From an uncultured Thermococci archaeon (GTDB lineage: Archaea > Methanobacteriota_B > Thermococci > Thermococcales > Thermococcaceae): a DNA stretch of 43,746 nt. Position numbers and translations under genes: made by a program. Below are positions 33,601 through 43,746 of this stretch, piece after piece (position 1 is the stretch's first letter; every line of letters starts with the position of its first letter). The notes beneath the pieces are model-generated. The model was not told the DNA's origin, did not search any database, and worked only from the letters and a program-made list of their open reading frames with translations. The stretch spans positions 1-43,746 of the forward strand of contig CAZTOS010000011.1 in assembly GCA_964615185.1 (NCBI GenBank). Direction: 5' to 3'.

Positions 33601-36600
33601 TTCCTATGAACTTTTGATTGCACTATCCTCACTTGCACCTTTGAACCGTTCCGCTTAATCCAGCCATCTCCATAAAGGAACCCGAGGAAGTAGGCAAGCT
33701 CTGGCGTGATGTAAGCCACCTTTAGTCTCTCACGCCTTGAGTGCGGGCCAACAGTTAGCGGTCTCTTTTTCCACTTTTCATATATTCCAAAATCTTTAAG
33801 AATCTCTTTAAACTTTCCAATTGTTATGGTGCCTTTCCCTGAGAGGAAGTCCTTTGAAATACTGTAATATCTGTTAAACTCTGCGAGACTCTTGAATCTC
33901 TTGAGAACCTCCCTCTTAAGTTCCGCCTTTTCTTCGTTGGTAAGCTTGACCTTCCAGTCATCAGGCAATATGTCAAGGATGTAGACTTTTTTTCCAACAG
34001 CGGGCAGTTTCAACGGTGCAACTATTAAGTCTCCCACCTTAAACTTCCCTGCCTCTTTCCATTCAAGACTTTTTCCATCTATAAGTAGATGATCTGGGGT
34101 TAGTGTTACCTCATTGCCCGAACGGAGCTTTATTCTAATCAGTTCACCTTTCCATGGTTTCCGACGGATTATGGTTGCTTTGGTTTCTCGTGTTCTCATA
34201 CTATCAAGCTTGAGAGATATGATACTGTGCTTCTCCTCTTGTATCTCCACAATTTCATCTCCAGAGCGAGCCTTGTATGCCTTACTACTGTTAAAGAGCT
34301 CCTCGATACGTCTATATTTTCCATTGGCAAGGACTCTCGTATCTGGATGCAGGCAAGCAATTCCACCATCTGCCAAGACTAAAACACCCGCTTCAAGAAC
34401 CCAAGAGCCTGTGAACTCATCACGGACGGCTGCAGCCGTGTTGTGAACCACGAAACCGTTAGCGATGAAGCTGTGAGAACCTTCAACTGTGAGATCGTAA
34501 ACGTAATCGTATGGACTTCTGATTGTTTTTACCTCTCTCACTTTTTCCCATATAATATCAGAGTAAGCGAGTTCTTCAAGGACATGAAGTTTATTCTTGA
34601 TATCTTCTTCTGTTTGGGTGATATCACTGAGGATCCATACGAGTTCATTATATGTCTTTATGTCCCTCTCCTCAATAAGCCTTGCAACTTTCACTAACAG
34701 ATTGTAGGGAAGCTTCTTGCTTCTTTTTCTCATGAACAGCTCATAGAATTGGCCATAGTTCATATCAAGTTCTTCCGGTTTGATTAAGTTTCCAATTCTG
34801 ATCCTTATCTCCGTCGGTAATTCAACGGGGACATTTGAGATGTTCGCATTTTTCCTAAGTCTCTCAACAACTTGCTGGAGTGACTTTCTTGAAATAGGCT
34901 TCCCTCTTTCAACTGCACTTCCAAAATTAGAACCGTAAACTTCATTTATGCTGAGCCCATAGAAGGTTCTAATTTCTTTTATCAGCCCTCCAACACCGGG
35001 GATGACATCAATGTTTGTATTACTTCTCGAGTGTTTGAGCTTTTCAAGGAGGAGTTCAAGCTTTTTAGCTTTCTCTGGATGTTCAAAGCCTATGTATGTC
35101 GCAAACTTAAGGACATTTTCTCCGTAAATCTTCAACTCCCAACGGTCATGTCTTGAAACAACTTTTCTTCCATTTATGTTTGAGATCTTCCCAGCTCTTT
35201 TACGCTTCCTTAAATTTGAGATTATTCCAAAGCGGAGAAGAGCAAGCTGCAATTTTCTTGCGAGCCTCTCACTTGTAGTATCAAGCTCAATATACGACGA
35301 ACCACCCTCACGGATAACAACCGTCCCATCACAGTCAAACAAACCGCGTATGAATGCTGCAAGAACGTTCTTTGGGGCAACCATAAGCTGAGGCCCTATG
35401 TCGAGCGTTGAAGACTTTGGAGACATTGGAATGCCGAGCTTATTAAGTATGTGTGCAATAATCTTTGAGTGGAATCTAACAGCTGATACACGGCTTTTCT
35501 GCCTAATTTCCTTTACTTCAATGCCAAACAGCTCTTCTGTGAGTTTTTTGAACTTCTCTCGCATAAACTCATTATTGTTTGAAAACCTTACTAAGCCCGC
35601 CTTTGAGATGTCTCCATCTCCAGCAATAAGACCTGCAAAGTATGCGAGCTTTTCATCAACATACTTCGGAATTTTGAGCTTAGTTCCAGCCTTCAGAGAC
35701 ACATATTCTGGTTCTATCTCTTCCAAACTTGCTTCAGCCAATTCAATTAACCGATGAAGGTGTTTCATCCGAATGTTACCCCGGGAGTTAGGTTTTATCC
35801 AGTGATAATAAACTGAGTCTTCACTTACATTAAGTTCTCTTGCAAGTTCTCTTTTTGTTATCCCAAGGTTTTCGCACGCTTTTTCTATAAGCTCTTTTAC
35901 CTTATCCTTTATTCCGTAAAGTACAAGATCATCAAGGTCTTCAAGGAGTTCAAGAGTCAACAATGGTTTTTCCTTTACCTCCAGCTTCTTAACGGTAGCA
36001 ACATAATCGTTGGAGGAAATGTCCTTTGCTTTCTTCCATGCGATGGTTTTGTTTTCCAGTGTCATAAGCTTTGTTTCAGGCGTTAGAAGGATCTCTTTTC
36101 CTGTTATCGTTCTAATTTTTATAAGGTTCTTAGGAGCCTTGAGCTTCCACACTTTTCTGAGCAGATTTTGAGATATTCTGTTTTTCTCTATTGAGAGGGT
36201 CTCCCCAAGAAATGGGGCGTACTCTATGCCCTTTTCATATTCAATCGAACCAATCTTAGACAGCCAATTTTCAGTTAAGGTTCCTATTTCAAATCCACCG
36301 TTTTCCGTCATGATAACTGAATCAGGAGCAACACATAGACCGGCTGCCGAACTTGACTTACCACTTGTATAAATCGCTCTCGGAGCTAAATTGGCAACAT
36401 AACGTAAAATCTGAGATTTAGCAACTCCAGGATCTCCAACAAGCAGAACGTGACTCTCACCTCTCAACTTAGTCCCATCAGGTAACTGCCTCGTAACACC
36501 ACCAAACAGGGCGAGAGCTATTCCCTTCTTAACCTCGCGATAGCCGTAAATGGCTGGAGCAATCGAATCCACAATTGCATCAACTATGTCCTTTCTTTTT

Positions 36601-37418
36601 GCCAGCTCTCTAATCTTCTGCTCATCCTCTGGAGTTATCTCAAGCTCTTCAATCTCCTTGCTTATCTGCTCTATGTGATTGACCTCAAGTATCTTCTTGA
36701 ATATTGGTCTCTTTTCTCTCTGCTCCAAAATAACTCTCAAAATGCCGGTTATTACAACCCTATCACCTGGCAATGCAGTGTCAACTAAATCGTCTAACAG
36801 GATTGCATCAACAAAACGGGGCATCTGCCCGCCTTTCAAGCTCTCAGGTCTATCTTGCAGTCTGAATGTCTGCAGATTGATGAAATTGCTCTTATCAACA
36901 TCAAGCTCAATGTTTTTGCTCCCACACTGGTCACACTTAGAGGGCTTAACTAAGGAAGCAAAAGGCTTTTGAAGACGAATCATCTCATTCCCACAGTCCT
37001 TACACACAAAAACAGCTTTAGCAACATATGGTTTGACCTCACTCATTCTTGTTATGATACCTTCAACTTGTATGAGCTTATTTATATGCTCACTGCCAAG
37101 CTCCTTAACCAGGAGGGTTTTTGGCAGATTGTAAAAGCGTGCATGAATTCTCAAAGGCTCCTTTTTAAAAAATTCCTCCTGCAGAATTATCTGAAGTGCA
37201 TCTTCAGCCGCCAGTAAAGTCTCCTCCGGATTCTCCAAAAGCTCTTGGGCTAATTCCGGATCAAATCCATTCAAATGCTCCCAGTTTATTGAAACTGAAC
37301 GCTTTGGAATAACGGTTAATATGTCACTTATCTTGTTAAGATAAACCTTATTACCTCTATCATCAGAATACTCCCTGAGAAAACTTATAAAACGGTTAGT
37401 CATTTCCTCTTTGTCCAT
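30651..37418 (-). CDS. mcm: Replicative helicase MCM precursor with three inteins (about 681 aa after splicing)
   Basis: Zn motif CKDC...CDQC, Walker A GDPGVAKS, Walker B CIDEFDK, arginine finger SRFD, TARQLE. Confidence 0.97.
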   Translation of the reverse strand: MDKEEMTNRFISFLREYSDDRGNKVYLNKISDILTVIPKRSVSINWEHLNGFDPELAQELLENPEETLLAAEDALQIILQEEFFKKEPLRIHARFYNLPKTLLVKELGSEHINKLIQVEGIITRMSEVKPYVAKAVFVCKDCGNEMIRLQKPFASLVKPSKCDQCGSKNIELDVDKSNFINLQTFRLQDRPESLKGGQMPRFVDAILLDDLVDTALPGDRVVITGILRVILEQREKRPIFKKILEVNHIEQISKEIEELEITPEDEQKIRELAKRKDIVDAIVDSIAPAIYGYREVKKGIALALFGGVTRQLPDGTKLRGESHVLLVGDPGVAKSQILRYVANLAPRAIYTSGKSSSAAGLCVAPDSVIMTENGGFEIGTLTENWLSKIGSIEYEKGIEYAPFLGETLSIEKNRISQNLLRKVWKLKAPKNLIKIRTITGKEILLTPETKLMTLENKTIAWKKAKDISSNDYVATVKKLEVKEKPLLTLELLEDLDDLVLYGIKDKVKELIEKACENLGITKRELARELNVSEDSVYYHWIKPNSRGNIRMKHLHRLIELAEASLEEIEPEYVSLKAGTKLKIPKYVDEKLAYFAGLIAGDGDISKAGLVRFSNNNEFMREKFKKLTEELFGIEVKEIRQKSRVSAVRFHSKIIAHILNKLGIPMSPKSSTLDIGPQLMVAPKNVLAAFIRGLFDCDGTVVIREGGSSYIELDTTSERLARKLQLALLRFGIISNLRKRKRAGKISNINGRKVVSRHDRWELKIYGENVLKFATYIGFEHPEKAKKLELLLEKLKHSRSNTNIDVIPGVGGLIKEIRTFYGLSINEVYGSNFGSAVERGKPISRKSLQQVVERLRKNANISNVPVELPTEIRIRIGNLIKPEELDMNYGQFYELFMRKRSKKLPYNLLVKVARLIEERDIKTYNELVWILSDITQTEEDIKNKLHVLEELAYSDIIWEKVREVKTIRSPYDYVYDLTVEGSHSFIANGFVVHNTAAAVRDEFTGSWVLEAGVLVLADGGIACLHPDTRVLANGKYRRIEELFNSSKAYKARSGDEIVEIQEEKHSIISLKLDSMRTRETKATIIRRKPWKGELIRIKLRSGNEVTLTPDHLLIDGKSLEWKEAGKFKVGDLIVAPLKLPAVGKKVYILDILPDDWKVKLTNEEKAELKREVLKRFKSLAEFNRYYSISKDFLSGKGTITIGKFKEILKDFGIYEKWKKRPLTVGPHSRRERLKVAYITPELAYFLGFLYGDGWIKRNGSKVQVRIVQSKVHRKQIEAIRTAFHAFYEGDLKEYERTMENKVAGNRISSEMITFHISSPLIAYIYEYLTKNALENIFVLDDEAVKAFIAGALDSDGCVSIKRSTKGKVIHVKFLLSDDIESDRAFALLLRRFDVYARIIPGKGVNRICITGREDVRNFLSAVKKYSVKVKEIPNMNHLVSSGSDKVPAEPVKQIARKIIKKVPSSILQKRGLRSTLYAYAKGSYLPSRAQLRKILERLEEFLDDETRFKLKVLATRDYFLDEIISIERIPYKGYVYDLYVPGDHNFLAGGIIVHNCIDEFDKMSDRDRSAIHEALEQQSYHKDFELLLADGRKVKIGEFVDELIEKNRDKVIIGKDTEILPVDDVYLLAYDLKRKEIVKVKADRVSRHKAPEKFIKLRFSNGREIIVTPEHPVMVWENGKIVEKRADEIVPGDLTIGVRDYPSFGELEGGRNLALSLFTKNYRFKKSVRLPPEAFKLKKRELEEFLRTIWEIRGSMLNGKPCIRFPNRALAEDLQDVLLALGISSSIYESPTSITLIVHDKESVKKLMQITGQSFRVKSSRDIVPGDLARKFLEVLKLLRVWISNKDRMRLYRDYVPRDVLLRYYDNVKAELERLRQALKERNYEPLLQIVSKYQIYFKYGISPLSLRNLLRKGDKRALEIVLSEAKKVIEYAEDTLSQIEEILNSNLKFIKVLKVEEVENKDSKWVYDVTVEPYHLFVSHGLVLHNTISISKAGITATLNARTTVIAAANPKHGRFNKMKPLPEQLDLPPTLLSRFDLIFVLIDEPNEKLDSEIASHILKVRKGEAEAITPKIPYDLLKKYIAYARKNIHPVLSREAMDEILHYYVKMRKGLRKTTETEGVKPIPITARQLEALIRLAEAHARMRLSEIVTREDAREAIKLVEYTLRQIAVDEEGIMDISILEVGKSARKINKVEKVLEIIEALQDQTDFGAPIDDIIKEAARAGIEKREVRKIIEDLKATSRIYEPRNGYYKVL
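31461..32687 (-). mobile_element. MCM intein 3 (409 aa), Ser-initiated, degenerate endonuclease
   Basis: EQQ|SYHKD...TPEHP...YDVTV...VLHN|TISISKAG. Confidence 0.92.
32757..34355 (-). mobile_element. MCM intein 2 (533 aa) with LAGLIDADG homing endonuclease
   Basis: GGIA|CLHPD...TPDH...LAYFLGFLYGDG...FIAGALDSDG...IVHN|CIDE. Confidence 0.94.
34440..36335 (-). mobile_element. MCM intein 1 (632 aa) with LAGLIDADG endonuclease and HTH-like insert
   Basis: AAGL|CVAPD...LAYFAGLIAGDG...FIRGLFDCDG...VVHN|TAAAV. Confidence 0.94.
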
Positions 37419-37912
37419 TATTTCTCACCCAACCATTCATTTCTTATTTTGGAGATTTGAAGATAGACTCTCCTCTCCTCTGGAGATAATCTCGAAAGAA
37501 CTTCCAGGCTATTTGGACGGAACATTATTGCATTAAGAATTTTATTAAACCGAAGCCTTTTGAGATAGTGATATTTCTTCTTTAGATTTGCCAGTCTCGT
37601 CATTTTTACATTAAGCACATCAACGTTTCCTTCAAAATTTTCCTTTATGTAATTCTCCAGATAATAAATATAAAACTCCGCCCTTTCATAAAGCCCCTCA
37701 GGGATTGGAGTTATGGGTTCGTTTTCTCTCTCTTCAGCAATGACCCTATCAAGCTCCCCTATGACCTTTTCAGCTTCATCAATTATATTAACTACCCCAT
37801 TCTCCCAGAGTTCTTTGGCTTTCCAGTCTTCAATAAGTACAACATCACCAGTTTTCCAATCACCAAAGGGTTTGAGCAGTTTTACGGCGATTAAAGTTCT
37901 ACCTGCAAGCAT
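37418..37912 (-). CDS. GINS complex subunit Gins23
   Basis: B-domain GDVVLIEDWKAKELWENG first, then helical A-domain ending LSPEERRVY; directly upstream of mcm. Confidence 0.85.
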   Translation of the reverse strand: MLAGRTLIAVKLLKPFGDWKTGDVVLIEDWKAKELWENGVVNIIDEAEKVIGELDRVIAEERENEPITPIPEGLYERAEFYIYYLENYIKENFEGNVDVLNVKMTRLANLKKKYHYLKRLRFNKILNAIMFRPNSLEVLSRLSPEERRVYLQISKIRNEWLGEK

Positions 37913-38031
37913 GGACATCACCTGATTATGTCATCTATTATGTCGATGTCAAGATTTCTTAAACTTTCCCACACCAATGGTTTGGGGAAACTCTATAAAC
38001 CCCTATGAAAAAGAAAGCTAAGGTGATGCTT

Positions 38032-38544
38032 ATGTTAATTGGGATAATGAGCGATACTCATGACAATTTGCCTGCTATAGCAAAGGCCGTTGAGCTTTTT
38101 AATAGGGAAAGAGTTGATCTCGTAATCCACGCAGGAGATTATGTTGCTCCTTTCGTTAAAAGAGAATTCTCAAAACTAAAAGCACCATTAAAAGGGGTCT
38201 TTGGAAACAACGATGGAGAGAGAAGAGGGTTAAACAAAGCTCTTGGGATTTCAGATGACATTCTTGAGATAGAATCAAATGGAATGAAAATAATTGTTCT
38301 CCACGGAACAAATGAAAAAGTAGTTGATGCTTTTGCAAAAAGCCAGCTGTACGATGTTGTCATTAGAGGCCACACCCACAAATATGAGATTAGGGAATGT
38401 GCAAGAACTATAATAGTTAATCCAGGAGAAGTATGTGGATATGTTACGGGAATTAAGAGCGTTGCATTTCTTGATACAAAGAAAAGAGAGATAAAAATAA
38501 TTAACTTAGACACAGGAGTGCCCCTTGGATTTATGAGCCTTTAG
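38032..38544 (+). CDS. Metallophosphoesterase, YfcE/MJ0936 family
   Basis: SDTHDN, HAGD, GNND, HG, GHTH, NPG. Confidence 0.93.
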   Translation: MLIGIMSDTHDNLPAIAKAVELFNRERVDLVIHAGDYVAPFVKREFSKLKAPLKGVFGNNDGERRGLNKALGISDDILEIESNGMKIIVLHGTNEKVVDAFAKSQLYDVVIRGHTHKYEIRECARTIIVNPGEVCGYVTGIKSVAFLDTKKREIKIINLDTGVPLGFMSL

Positions 38545-38591
38545 TGAAAAATGCTATAAATCCAAAAGGGACAAATAAAAGGTAGAGAGAT

Positions 38592-40818
<2,227 letters not shown>

Positions 40819-40831
40819 ACTTATTAAGTGG

Positions 40832-40848
40832 CAAGAAAGGTTAAATAC
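40832..40848 (+). promoter_or_regulatory. BRE/TATA promoter for a probably leaderless HEPN-MNT transcript
   Basis: AAGAAAGG-TTAAATA ending about 24 nt before ATG 40871, with no RBS. Confidence 0.6.
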
Positions 40849-40870
40849 TCCCTTAGCCATATTCTCAAAC

Positions 40871-41278
40871 ATGTCATTCAAAAGGAGCGAGTACGAACGC
40901 TGGATGAAACAGGCTGAAAAAACACTTCGTTCTGCCTTTCGAGATCTTGAAGGTGGTGATTATGAATGGGCAAGTTTTAAAGCTCAGCAAGCAGCAGAAC
41001 TCGCTGTTAAAGCCCTTTTGAGAGGCCTGGGATTTGCACCAATTGGTCATTCAATAACCCGCCTACTCAGGGAGCTAAGAGCTGAGGGATTCGATATTCC
41101 GAGAGAATTGTTCTACAGTGCTATGGAACTTGACAGAAATTACATAGCTCCCCGTTATCCAGATGCCTATCCGGAAGGTTCTCCCTTTGAATACTATTCC
41201 GAAGATGTGGCAAAAGAGCTGATTTCTTATGCTGAGAAAATATTGGAGTTCGTCAGGAGGTTTGTTGATGAAATCTGA
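40871..41278 (+). CDS. HEPN domain protein
   Basis: WASFKAQQAAELAVKA, GHSI..L, LDRNYIAPRYPD. Confidence 0.92.
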   Translation: MSFKRSEYERWMKQAEKTLRSAFRDLEGGDYEWASFKAQQAAELAVKALLRGLGFAPIGHSITRLLRELRAEGFDIPRELFYSAMELDRNYIAPRYPDAYPEGSPFEYYSEDVAKELISYAEKILEFVRRFVDEI

Positions 41279-41663
41279 ATTAGAGCAGTTTGTAGAGAGA
41301 ATCGTAAGACATTTCCGGGGAGATGTAACTATTATACTTTTCGGCTCGCGTGCAAAGGGAGACTTCAATAGGGCAAGTGACTACGATCTCATAGTGATCT
41401 CAAAGAAATTAAAGGGTAATCCACTCAGAAAAACTAAAGTACTATACCAGCTTAATGAAGAATTTTTGAACGTTGACATTCTTGCATACACACCTTCAGA
41501 ATTCATAAAAGCACTTGAAAATCTCTCCCCTTCCGCCCTTGATGCTATGGAAAATGGTATAGTTCTGCACGATAACGGCTTCTATAGGATTGCCAAAAGA
41601 AAATTCGAGGAGCTAAAAAGAAGAGGACTAAAGAAAGAGAGATACTGGGTCATGAGAGCTTAA
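41268..41663 (+). CDS. Minimal nucleotidyltransferase (MNT)
   Basis: LFGSRAKGDFNRASDYDLIVI (GSx10DxD), VDIL; overlaps the HEPN stop. Confidence 0.92.
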   Translation: MKSELEQFVERIVRHFRGDVTIILFGSRAKGDFNRASDYDLIVISKKLKGNPLRKTKVLYQLNEEFLNVDILAYTPSEFIKALENLSPSALDAMENGIVLHDNGFYRIAKRKFEELKRRGLKKERYWVMRA

Positions 41664-41764
41664 CATTTTTCTGCCCTTTAAAGTTTCTTCTGGAGAGAGG
41701 CGATGATCTTGGTCTGATCCTCTTTCCACCGGGAAGGATTAGGTTTGTAAGGAAGGTGGGGGAT

Positions 41765-41980
41765 TTAGATGTAGTATTTATATCCATCCTCCTCCCGTTC
41801 CACTTTTCTTGCAATAGATTCAAACATTTCTTTAACCCTAAATCTATCCTCGAGAACTTTAAATCTCATAAATTTTGTCAGTTATAACAACCCTATTTAG
41901 CTTTCTCCGGGTATTTCATAGCGACCCTCTACAGTGCTCAGTATGTACTCACCAGGCATTAAATAGTCTCGAAGCTCCAT
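41765..41980 (-). pseudogene. Decayed small gene in three frame fragments
   Basis: MELRDYLMPGEYILSTVEGRYEIP / RKLNRVVITDK / MRFKVLEDRFRVKEMFESIARKVEREEDGYKYYI* behind a purine-rich RBS. Confidence 0.4.
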
Positions 41981-42013
41981 TTCCCTTCTCCCGAAGGGTT
42001 AACATATAGAAAA

Positions 42014-42859
42014 CTACTCTTCCATCTCCACTCCATAAACCTTCTCCGGATTCTCAACATGAATTTTGTAAACATCCTCCTCACTGAAGATTCCCTGCTG
42101 GAGGAAAGCTTTCGTTCTCTTTGGTACAGTTTTTGGGCCTAACACAGCTCCAGGTCTTCTTTTATCATCGATATAATCAGTCTCCATGAAAAACCTGTTC
42201 CCCTGCATTATAGCCTCCATCATAGCTCTTTTGCTCGCCAGGATTGAGGGAAAAACTCCAACTTCCTCTGCAATTTTCACAAGAGGTGGAGAATAATGCT
42301 TGACAACTTTATACGGCTTTATTCCAACTTCCCTAACTATTTTTCCAAGCTCCCTGAACTTCTCTTCTGTGAAGCTCTCTGTATGCAGTTGAACAGCACA
42401 ACCAGCTTCTTTAGCAAGAGCCATCCCATACTTCATCAGCTCAATGCTTGCATTCCAAATCTCCTCGCTAACCTCAAAATGAGGTCTGCCAATTTCTCCA
42501 ATGGCTATTGCTTTACCCTCAAGGCACAGCTTTTGAGCATATTCCAGGGCTTTCATGACCTCATCCTTGGCATATTCCAAGTCCTTCTTTTCAGCCAAAT
42601 ATACGAACTCAGCTGGATGAACGCCAACAACTGCAAAAGCTTTTACTGGAGTCTCTTTGTTTATTTTCTCAACGAGCTTTATATGAAAGTCCATAGCCTT
42701 TATGAAGTCCTCTGCTTTCATTCCAGCAAAGCCGTAATCGTGAGCTGTTTTATACACAACAGCAAGATGTGTTCCACCCGCTCTGTGAAACTGCTTTACC
42801 GCCTCAAGGAAGAGACCCTTATAAGGGTCAACGTGAAAGTGATTGTCAAAGATTATCAT
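42014..42859 (-). CDS. TatD-related metal-dependent hydrolase
   Basis: DNHFH, GVHP, IGEIGRPH, QLHTE, KH, ETD. Confidence 0.92.
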   Translation of the reverse strand: MIIFDNHFHVDPYKGLFLEAVKQFHRAGGTHLAVVYKTAHDYGFAGMKAEDFIKAMDFHIKLVEKINKETPVKAFAVVGVHPAEFVYLAEKKDLEYAKDEVMKALEYAQKLCLEGKAIAIGEIGRPHFEVSEEIWNASIELMKYGMALAKEAGCAVQLHTESFTEEKFRELGKIVREVGIKPYKVVKHYSPPLVKIAEEVGVFPSILASKRAMMEAIMQGNRFFMETDYIDDKRRPGAVLGPKTVPKRTKAFLQQGIFSEEDVYKIHVENPEKVYGVEMEE

Positions 42860-42960
42860 CCTTACCACCAAGAAGAGCTAAACTTATGAACTTTTAAGCC
42901 TTAGCTAACAGTTCTTTTTGAGCGAAATGTTTAAAAGTTTTGGTGATTAATTGTGAGTGT

Positions 42961-43590
42961 ATGGTGGTAAAGGAGAAGCTTTACACGGTTAAACGGGCGA
43001 GTGAAATACTTGGGGTTCACCCGAAAACAATCCAGAAGTGGGATAGGGAAGGAAAAATCAAAGTCATCAGAACGCCTGGCGGGCGAAGAAGAATACCAGA
43101 GAGCGAGATAAAACGCCTCCTTGGAATGAAAGAGGAAAACGGCCTAATCATTGGCTATGCCAGAGTCTCCAGCCACACTCAAAAAGACGATTTAGAGCGG
43201 CAAATCGAGGCGATAAGGGAATATGCGAGAGAAAGAGGCTGGCAAGTCCAAATCCTCAAAGACATTGGTTCTGGATTGAACGAGAACAGGAAGAATTACC
43301 GTAAACTCCTTGAGTCGGTCGCCAAAGGAGAAGTTTCAAAAGTCATCATCACTCATCCAGACAGGCTCACCCGTTTTGGGTTCAAAACCCTCGAATTCTT
43401 CTTCCAGCAATACGGTGCAGAGATAATAACAATCCACGAGAGAGACAAGACCCCAAGGGAAGAACTTATCGAGGATTTGATAACCATAATCAGCCACTTT
43501 GCGGGAAAACTCTACGGAGCTCGTTCCCACAAATACAAGAAACTCAAGGAGGGCGTGAAAAAACTCATTGAGGAGGTTGAGGCCGAGTGA
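42961..43590 (+). CDS. tnpA: IS607-family transposase TnpA (MerR-like HTH plus serine recombinase)
   Basis: [19 protein letters not shown]...[36 protein letters not shown]. Confidence 0.95.
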   Translation: MVVKEKLYTVKRASEILGVHPKTIQKWDREGKIKVIRTPGGRRRIPESEIKRLLGMKEENGLIIGYARVSSHTQKDDLERQIEAIREYARERGWQVQILKDIGSGLNENRKNYRKLLESVAKGEVSKVIITHPDRLTRFGFKTLEFFFQQYGAEIITIHERDKTPREELIEDLITIISHFAGKLYGARSHKYKKLKEGVKKLIEEVEAE

Positions 43591-43746
43591 AAATCGTTCT
43601 CACTTATAGGATGACTCACGATTGGGATGTTCGAGAACTCCTCACCGAGTATCAAAAACTCCTCCAGCGGGCGATTGATGAAATCTGGGAAAACACGACT
43701 TGGAAGGAGAAGAAAATCCAACACCGCTACCCAATCGGAAACGGTT
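43587..43746 (+). CDS. tnpB: 5' part of the IS607 second ORF (TnpB-like), runs off the window
   Basis: GTGA overlap with the tnpA stop; open frame [53 protein letters not shown]; identity inferred from IS607 layout. Confidence 0.7.
   Translation, partial: MKIVLTYRMTHDWDVRELLTEYQKLLQRAIDEIWENTTWKEKKIQHRYPIGNG

Larger units (their letters stand above)
42925..43746 (+). mobile_element. IS607-family insertion sequence (left part; left boundary approximate)
   Basis: tnpA-tnpB arrangement; codon usage appears to differ from neighbours. Confidence 0.85.

Noticed and set aside
37926..37950. Repeated ATGTC/TTATGTC in the GINS leader
   Set aside because: Too short to call an operator without comparative data, and no ORB-like origin repeats are nearby

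Overview
Archaeal chromosome segment from Thermococcales, most likely a low-GC Thermococcus (inferred from protein style, GGAGG/GGTGA ribosome-binding sites and BRE-TATA promoters). Bases 1-21006 (minus strand) hold the conserved ribosomal superoperon, from a SPOUT methyltransferase through L3, L4 ... L15, secY, adk, DUF106, L34e, cmk, L14e, cbf5, an RsmC-like methyltransferase, tRNA-Ser, S13, S4 and S11. A hicB/frameshifted-hicA pair and a GNAT gene are interspersed. Bases 21137-22715 form a small accessory cassette: a decayed vapBC pair and an unknown ~330-aa gene, bracketed by two diverged, inverted ~110-120 bp elements that each keep three short hairpins. This is the most unusual structure in the window. 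Next come sepF, ZPR1, an ASCH-like gene, hom, a CBS protein, a Na+-pumping methylmalonyl-CoA decarboxylase operon, aIF2-beta, an MCM helicase with three inteins (2255 aa precursor, about 681 aa mature) and GINS23. The window ends with a metallophosphoesterase, a probable dead AAA+ protein, rtcA, HEPN-MNT, TatD and the start of an IS607-family element (tnpA plus 5' tnpB). Other notable signals are a tRNA overlapping the end of a CDS and a 65%-GC three-hairpin structure inside the 3' end of cmk. All calls are from reading the sequence; no searches were run.
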